Positions 58,222 through 64,000 of a stretch of DNA of 64,000 bases are shown one piece after another. The notes beneath the pieces are model-generated. The model saw only the letters and a list, made by a program, of their open reading frames with translations, had not been told where the DNA came from and made no database searches. The stretch comes from Selaginella moellendorffii (Eukaryota; Plantae; Lycopodiophyta): contig NW_003314329.1 in NCBI RefSeq assembly GCF_000143415.4, forward strand, positions 329,421 through 393,420. The letters are read 5' to 3'. The stretch's first letter is position 1; each line of letters opens with the position of its first letter. Position numbers and translations under genes: made by a program.

Positions 58222-59136
58222 ATGAGCACCTGGCCCTCGACTCGGCACCGATGTCCGCCAGATGCCGTGTAAGCACTTGTACCACCCGGACTATATCCGC
58301 CCCGGATGCTCCTTATGATTCAGGGATCCTTGACCCGCCTTCGATCTCCAGGAAATATAATGCCACGGGATGCAAAATATAATGCCCTGGTCCGATTAAA
58401 GGTACCAGCTATAGCGATCGCGCCGCGCTCGACCCTATCATTTATGCCACGTAGACTGACATGTAACTATATGGATGCAACCGTTGATTTAAGTGTGCAA
58501 TCCGACGGTTAGGAGGCTTATTTTATTTGCGTGCCAACCCTAGAAAACAAAGACCTTGATTAGTGCCCAACCCTACGTCGTTTTGCATATACCCAACATT
58601 GAGAGTGAAGCCCCGAATCACACCATGGTAGGGGGCAAATCCACCTTGTATTCAAGGTTAAAATTCCCATTTCTAGGTGTGTATTTCCTCACATATAACT
58701 TTTAATTATACCATATTGATTGAAGATTGATGGTCTTTTTCGACATTCAAGAATTATAAGACACCACCACCACAATTCACTGCACATTTGTGTTGATATT
58801 CATATCTTTTATGTAGTCCTTGCCACTGCTCGCAAATCCAAGACTAGACAATGCCCATAAGAATGGACTTATTGAGAAGATAATTGGGAACACAATGTAA
58901 GAGAGAGATGACAATTGATGTATGTGGCAACAATGTGAGGGTGAGGAGCATGAGCGCGTTGGATAATCAACACAAGGATCTATAGCCCAGTAGCAAGATT
59001 ACACTGGCAAGTCTGCTCCACCACACAACCTAGTCCAGGCGATTTATCTCCAATAAAATCTCCCAGGAGCTATAGTTGATTCACAAATGGAGTGATTGGT
59101 TAATATTTCTTAGTTTTTGAGAAATACTCCAACGGT

Positions 59137-59232
59137 TAGACGATGCAAAAGCTAGATCTAAACCGAAATCCTAAATCCAAGCACTCCTCAGGGACAATCA
59201 AAGGTGCCCCTCACCTCCACTAATGTGAGTGC
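59137..59232 (+). repeat. Dispersed repeat equivalent to the empty site of the 206-1562 insertion
   Basis: Matches 123-205 and continues directly into C(T/C)AATGTGAGTGC as at 1568-1579, with a single CTCCA. Confidence 0.9.
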
Positions 59233-59441
59233 CTGAATAATAAACTAGGTTTAAAGTGTTTTGTATTTTTTATTTCATTACAATTGAAGATTAATATGGA
59301 GCAATGATTTTACTTGTAAGCACGAATATGCTTTAGTAGTTAGAAGGTTTACTTTCCATTGGCATCAGTAAGAAGTTCCTTAAAGAACTATCTTTCAGTT
59401 TTGTACAAATTTGCTTGCAATATCAAATTAGTTTTCTTCTT

Positions 59442-60990
59442 TTATTGAGATCGAATGATAGTGCTGTAGGCATTGGCCAGAAGCATGTATCCTGCTCCAT
59501 CCCTACATTCCAGATCGAGCACGCTCTTGGCAGCGGCAGCACCATTCCCATCGCCGCTCCTGCTGCAAGCGCCTAGCAGGCTCCTCCAATATGCTGCATG
59601 GGGCAAATAGGGCATATTCACAATCAAGTCCTTGGCATCTTCCAAATGGCCCGCCCTGCTTAACACATCCACCATGCACGAGTAGTGCTGGCTTTCCGGC
59701 CTCATGTCATAGTCCAGTGTCATGGCCACGAGGATGCCCGGCAAGCGTCAAGCTTGCCAGCATGGCTGGACGACAGCATGATCGAGATGAAGTGAGTTCC
59801 AGCTGGCATCTCGTAAAGCACAGACACGTGAAAGAGCTCCAGCGCGGTCCTGGGCTGCCCGTTCTGGGCGTAGCCAGCAATCAGGGCGCTCCACATCACC
59901 ACATTCCTGGCGGGCATCGCGTCAAAGATCCTCCTGCTCAGCCCGAGGTTCCCATTCTGAGCATATGCCGCCAGCATGGCTGTCCACGTCACTACATCAC
60001 ACTCGAGCACGGTATGGAAGGCTTGCCAAGCCTCCTCCATATGCCCGATTTGGGAATATCCACACAGCAACGCGTTTGAGGATGCCAAGGTTCTCTGTGG
60101 CATATCCATTGCTAGCTTCTGTTCAAGATGCCCTTTTTCAGCATATGCGGCTACAATAATGTTCCAAGATACAGCATCATGCTCTGGCATTGAGTCAAAG
60201 AAGCTCTTGGCATATTCTAAGCATTGTTTCTGCACAAATGCACCTAGCATGGTGTTCCAAGAGATAATGTTTCTTTCTGGCATTGTGTCAAAGACTGCCT
60301 TAGCATCGTCAATATGCCCATTTGCGGCACATATCGATAGCATAGACGTCCATGATACAATGTTCCACTTGGGCATTTTCTCAAACAAAGCTTTTGCTTC
60401 CATCCACTCGTGGTTTTCCACGTAAGAATCCAACATGGCGTTCCACGAAACCACGTTTCACTGTGGCATGGCAAAAAACGTCCACCGTGTCCTGAAGATG
60501 CCCGCAATGGGCATAGGCCAAAAGCATAGCGTTCCACGTCACCGTGTCCCTTTCCGGGGCGGAATCAAATACCTCTTTTGCCTCCCGGACATTCCAGCTA
60601 CACGTCGCGACCATGGCATTCCACGATACAAGATTATGCTGCGGAATGTCCTCGTAAAACAGCCGCTTCACTTCTGCCACGTGTCCGTTTTGGGCATAAG
60701 CAGAAATCATGGCCGTCGACGAAATGAGATCTTGTTCTGGCATAGTTTCCAGTATTCGCCTTGCGTGATTAAAGAATCCTAGCTGTGGATATACTGCAAC
60801 CATGGCAGTCCATGACAAGAGGTTCCACTTTGGCATGAAATCAAAAATTTGTTTGGCATCTTCCAGATACCCATTGTGCGCATATGCAGAAAAGATAGCA
60901 TTCCAGGAAACAATATCCCGGCCTTGCATTAAAACGAAAAAGAACCTCGTGGCCTCCTGAATATGATTTAAACTGTTGGCAAGATGTGCA
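59442..60990 (-). pseudogene. PLS-class PPR gene, frameshifted
   Basis: PPR motifs (MP.RD.VSWN..) and E-domain (HYSCMVDVLSRAG..MPYLP..W.SLLGAC..YMLLANAY) are spread across three frames. Confidence 0.8.
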
Positions 60991-60999
60991 TCTTCATGT

Positions 61000-61800
61000 C
61001 TTTGAAGATTGTAGGCCAGTAGAAACCACTATAAAGAATGGTTTGCCCATTGTTGATCCCACAAAATGACCACTATAAGAATGAAAGGCTTCAAGCGTTT
61101 TTGGAACCTCAGCCTCTATCAAGCAGTACACTAGTGGACCATGAGTTGTTCTCTGGTAAAGTGTTCCTCCCAGCAAGCAAAAATCACGAGTCTTTATCTC
61201 CAAAAATGGTAGAAGCTGAGCACAAGTCTTCAACATAAACCGGCAAACAGACACCAATGAGAGTATGAAAAGCAAAAGTGATGAACCTCTAGAAAGTAGC
61301 TCATAGGTTGCACAAGCCAAATGGAAGGATGTTGTAGGTGTAAATGCCCCATAGTGTTCAGAAAGCTATCTTCTCCTGATTTGGTAGATGAATGAAAATG
61401 TGATTGTAGCCAAAGAAACCATCTACGAAGGAGTAGTAAGAATCTCATCAATAATCTCCTTGAGAAATGATGTCTAAAACCAGTCTTTGAATGTGGCATC
61501 ATTGAGACTGCAGAAATCCACACAGATCTTGATCTTCCCATTTGGCTTGATGACTGGAACCATGTTACTCACTTGCTGTCTGGATAAGGAAGATAAAGTT
61601 GGCAGCCAGCAACTTTTGAAATTCCTCCTTGATTCCCAAAAGAAAAGTGAATGACAGATTGGCTTGGCTCAGTCTACCAACTTACTTTTAATGGTGGATG
61701 ACATCCATGGGGATGCCTAGAAGCTGCAAAGACGTCATGATAGCTGAGAAGAAGAGAGAGCAACCTGTCTGCATTATTGGTAGAGAGGGAACTACTAATA
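61000..61800 (-). mobile_element. Degenerate Ty3/Gypsy reverse transcriptase remnant
   Basis: SNMVPVIKPNGKIKICVDFCSLNDAT; WGIYTYNILPFGLCN; multiple stops. Confidence 0.75.
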
Positions 61801-64000
61801 TAGACTAGATCAATGCCACTATAGAGAAAAATGTTTATACCTAGAATCATGCTTACATGATCAAAGTGCTAGCAAAGCTTAATAGCCAAATGCTAGAGAT
61901 CATGTATATGCTACTTATGAACCTAGTACTCTTCTAGTATATATGTATTTGGAGCCAAACTTATTGAGCCTGTTGTGAATGTGAACGTGTTTGTGCTATA
62001 GAATGAAGGATTGGTATGCATTTAAAATTAAACAAATGCATTCATACAAAAAACCATATTACACTAGTTAAGTGATTTGTTAAGTGGGATTGGCAAATCA
62101 AAAGAACAAAAACCCTAGTTGAAAGGGTTGACTTAAAAAGCCATGAGGAAGAGTCCATGCATAATCATATGTTGATCAACTAATTTGTCAAGTGAAAAAA
62201 CTTAAAAGCTTAAAGGAATTAAGTTTCTAAGCTATGATCCATAATGTGTATTGGATATAAATTAGTGCACCTACATCCTAAACTATGATATATTTTAGAT
62301 ATTTTAGTGTTAAAGTCAATTCAAAATCAATAAAGTGAATGTAAAGACAACTAAAAGTTAGTGCACCAATGTCCCAAATTATGATCTATAACACATGTTA
62401 TAAATTGGTGCACTAGCATGGGGAGTCACACTAAGCATTTTAGGTGATGTTGTCCGTAGATGCATATATAAAAGTTGGGTTTAAATCCCAACCCTCTAGT
62501 GCTTGAGTTTGAATCCCAACTACTAAAGCATGGTGATGGTTTAGAATATAAGGACATTTATTTTTCAGTGGTCATAAACTTTCAGTGAGGAGGCTGGCTT
62601 GGGCATATCGTTACGTGAAGGATGCCCAAGTCATAATACACAATTAAAGTGTTTAATGCGAAAGTTTGATATATCTAATTTGAACACTTTAGTGCAAATG
62701 GCATCAAGGATGTGGTGAATGATATAGGAACACTCAATCTTAGTTATTATGGACCCTTGGTTGGAAGGGCTAATTTAGGTGCATTGCCAAGTATGGGGGA
62801 TGCCTTTGGGGTCATAGTCAACAGTTTAAAGGAGTTAAATTAGTTAATTTTTACTTTACAAAATTAAAATTATATATACATATGTATTTGGGATAACAAA
62901 AGTGACATATGCTAACATTACTAGCTCTTTCATTAATAGCAAGACACTCATAATTAATATTTGAGGAGAACTTAGTAAATTTAATTATAGATTTTGATAT
63001 ATTAAAAGTGTATTTGCTTCAAAGAAGACCACCACAACCTCCTCAACAATAACTATGTTACAATGGTTAACCACCAAGAGTAAAAGCCACTACTCTATGT
63101 CATTGAGCAAATATTATATATTACAATTATAAGGAGATTTGCCATTATAGAAATAAATAGAGAGTAGTGAATTCAATTGTTTAGTTCACCTGTAAACAAC
63201 ATAGACATTATTCCTTAAACTACCTATAGAATTAGCAAAGGTCTCAACAACAATAAAATGCTTAAAAAAAGATGAAAAAAAACACAACACCCAAGTGAAT
63301 TGATATAAATTAAAAATGTTATATATTTTATTATGAGACAAACAATATTGTTTTATTTGTAAACAACTCATATTGCTTTCAGCATACAGCTTATTTGGGT
63401 GGGATTATATAATATGAGTTTTTTTTAGCAAAAAATGTCATATTCAAAATTGAAATGTATATATATATATATAGAACCACCCCTCTATACTTTATATCAA
63501 AAGTTACCTATCGGAAAGTTATTTTGAATATTCTTTCCTTACTACCACAATAGCAGAAGATTAGTATTGCTAGTTCTATTTTCAACCCCTCTTATTCAAG
63601 TGTTAGTAAATTAAGCTTAACATCTGTACTTAGTTAGATAAACGTAAAGTAGAAACTTCCATGTGTTTCTTGTTGAACATAATTATCACTTTAATTTTTA
63701 CCACTATCTTTTCTCTATGATTTAATATTTGAATTAAAATTAAATATAAATCAAATTTCTTTTTCTTTTATCTTCCACCACTTTTATAAAATGATTTGTT
63801 ATAATTTTCACATTTAACCAATGTTGGAAACATTTTTGCCTTATATATTTTCTTATGCAATATATCTATTTAATAATGGTCATTTAAATTTGCCACCTTT
63901 ACTACATCAATATTCCTGCTCTATTCATCAAAATGTTAGTTGACTTAAGATGTAAAACATTTGTGTAATGTATGTGATCATGGGATGAGATTTGATTATA

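Noticed and set aside
62470-62520. tRNA/SINE-like B-box motifs (GGGTTTAAATCCC, GAGTTTGAATCCC)
   Set aside because: No cloverleaf, A box, tail or TSD could be identified.

Overview
Eukaryotic land-plant nuclear DNA. The very short (about 45-90 nt) GT-AG introns, GC-rich exons, tiny intergenic spacers and PLS-type PPR genes suggest the lycophyte Selaginella (inference, not verified). About 2.6-49.7 kb is a gene-dense core of roughly 23 genes: two head-to-head FKBP13-like immunophilins, NSE3, TOP6A/SPO11-3, PAS2, SYP4, NAA30, a DELLA-like and an SCL4/7-like GRAS, PILS, a CDPK-related kinase, a CYP90-like P450, POP1, OLA1, THF1, a CCCH-RRM protein, a DHHC PAT, HPT/VTE2, RH47/ISE1, two LRR-RLKs, a PPR and a PP2C. 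Repeat-rich and pseudogene-rich DNA flanks it on both sides. Highlights: (1) a complete 620-bp Cassandra-type TRIM whose LTRs carry a 5S rRNA domain (57602-58221); (2) a composite element at 206-1562 with Cassandra-derived inverted termini, a perfect 5-bp TSD, an empty-site homologue in the same window, and a captured Gypsy integrase fragment interrupted by a canonical 46-nt intron; (3) co-oriented genes separated by only 68-96 bp, a candidate for polycistronic transcription; (4) a decayed Crinkler-like NTPase+nuclease gene inside a ~5-kb imperfect palindrome centred near a (TA)n tract. Protein identities come from recognised motifs only; no database searches were run. Exon boundaries were read by eye.
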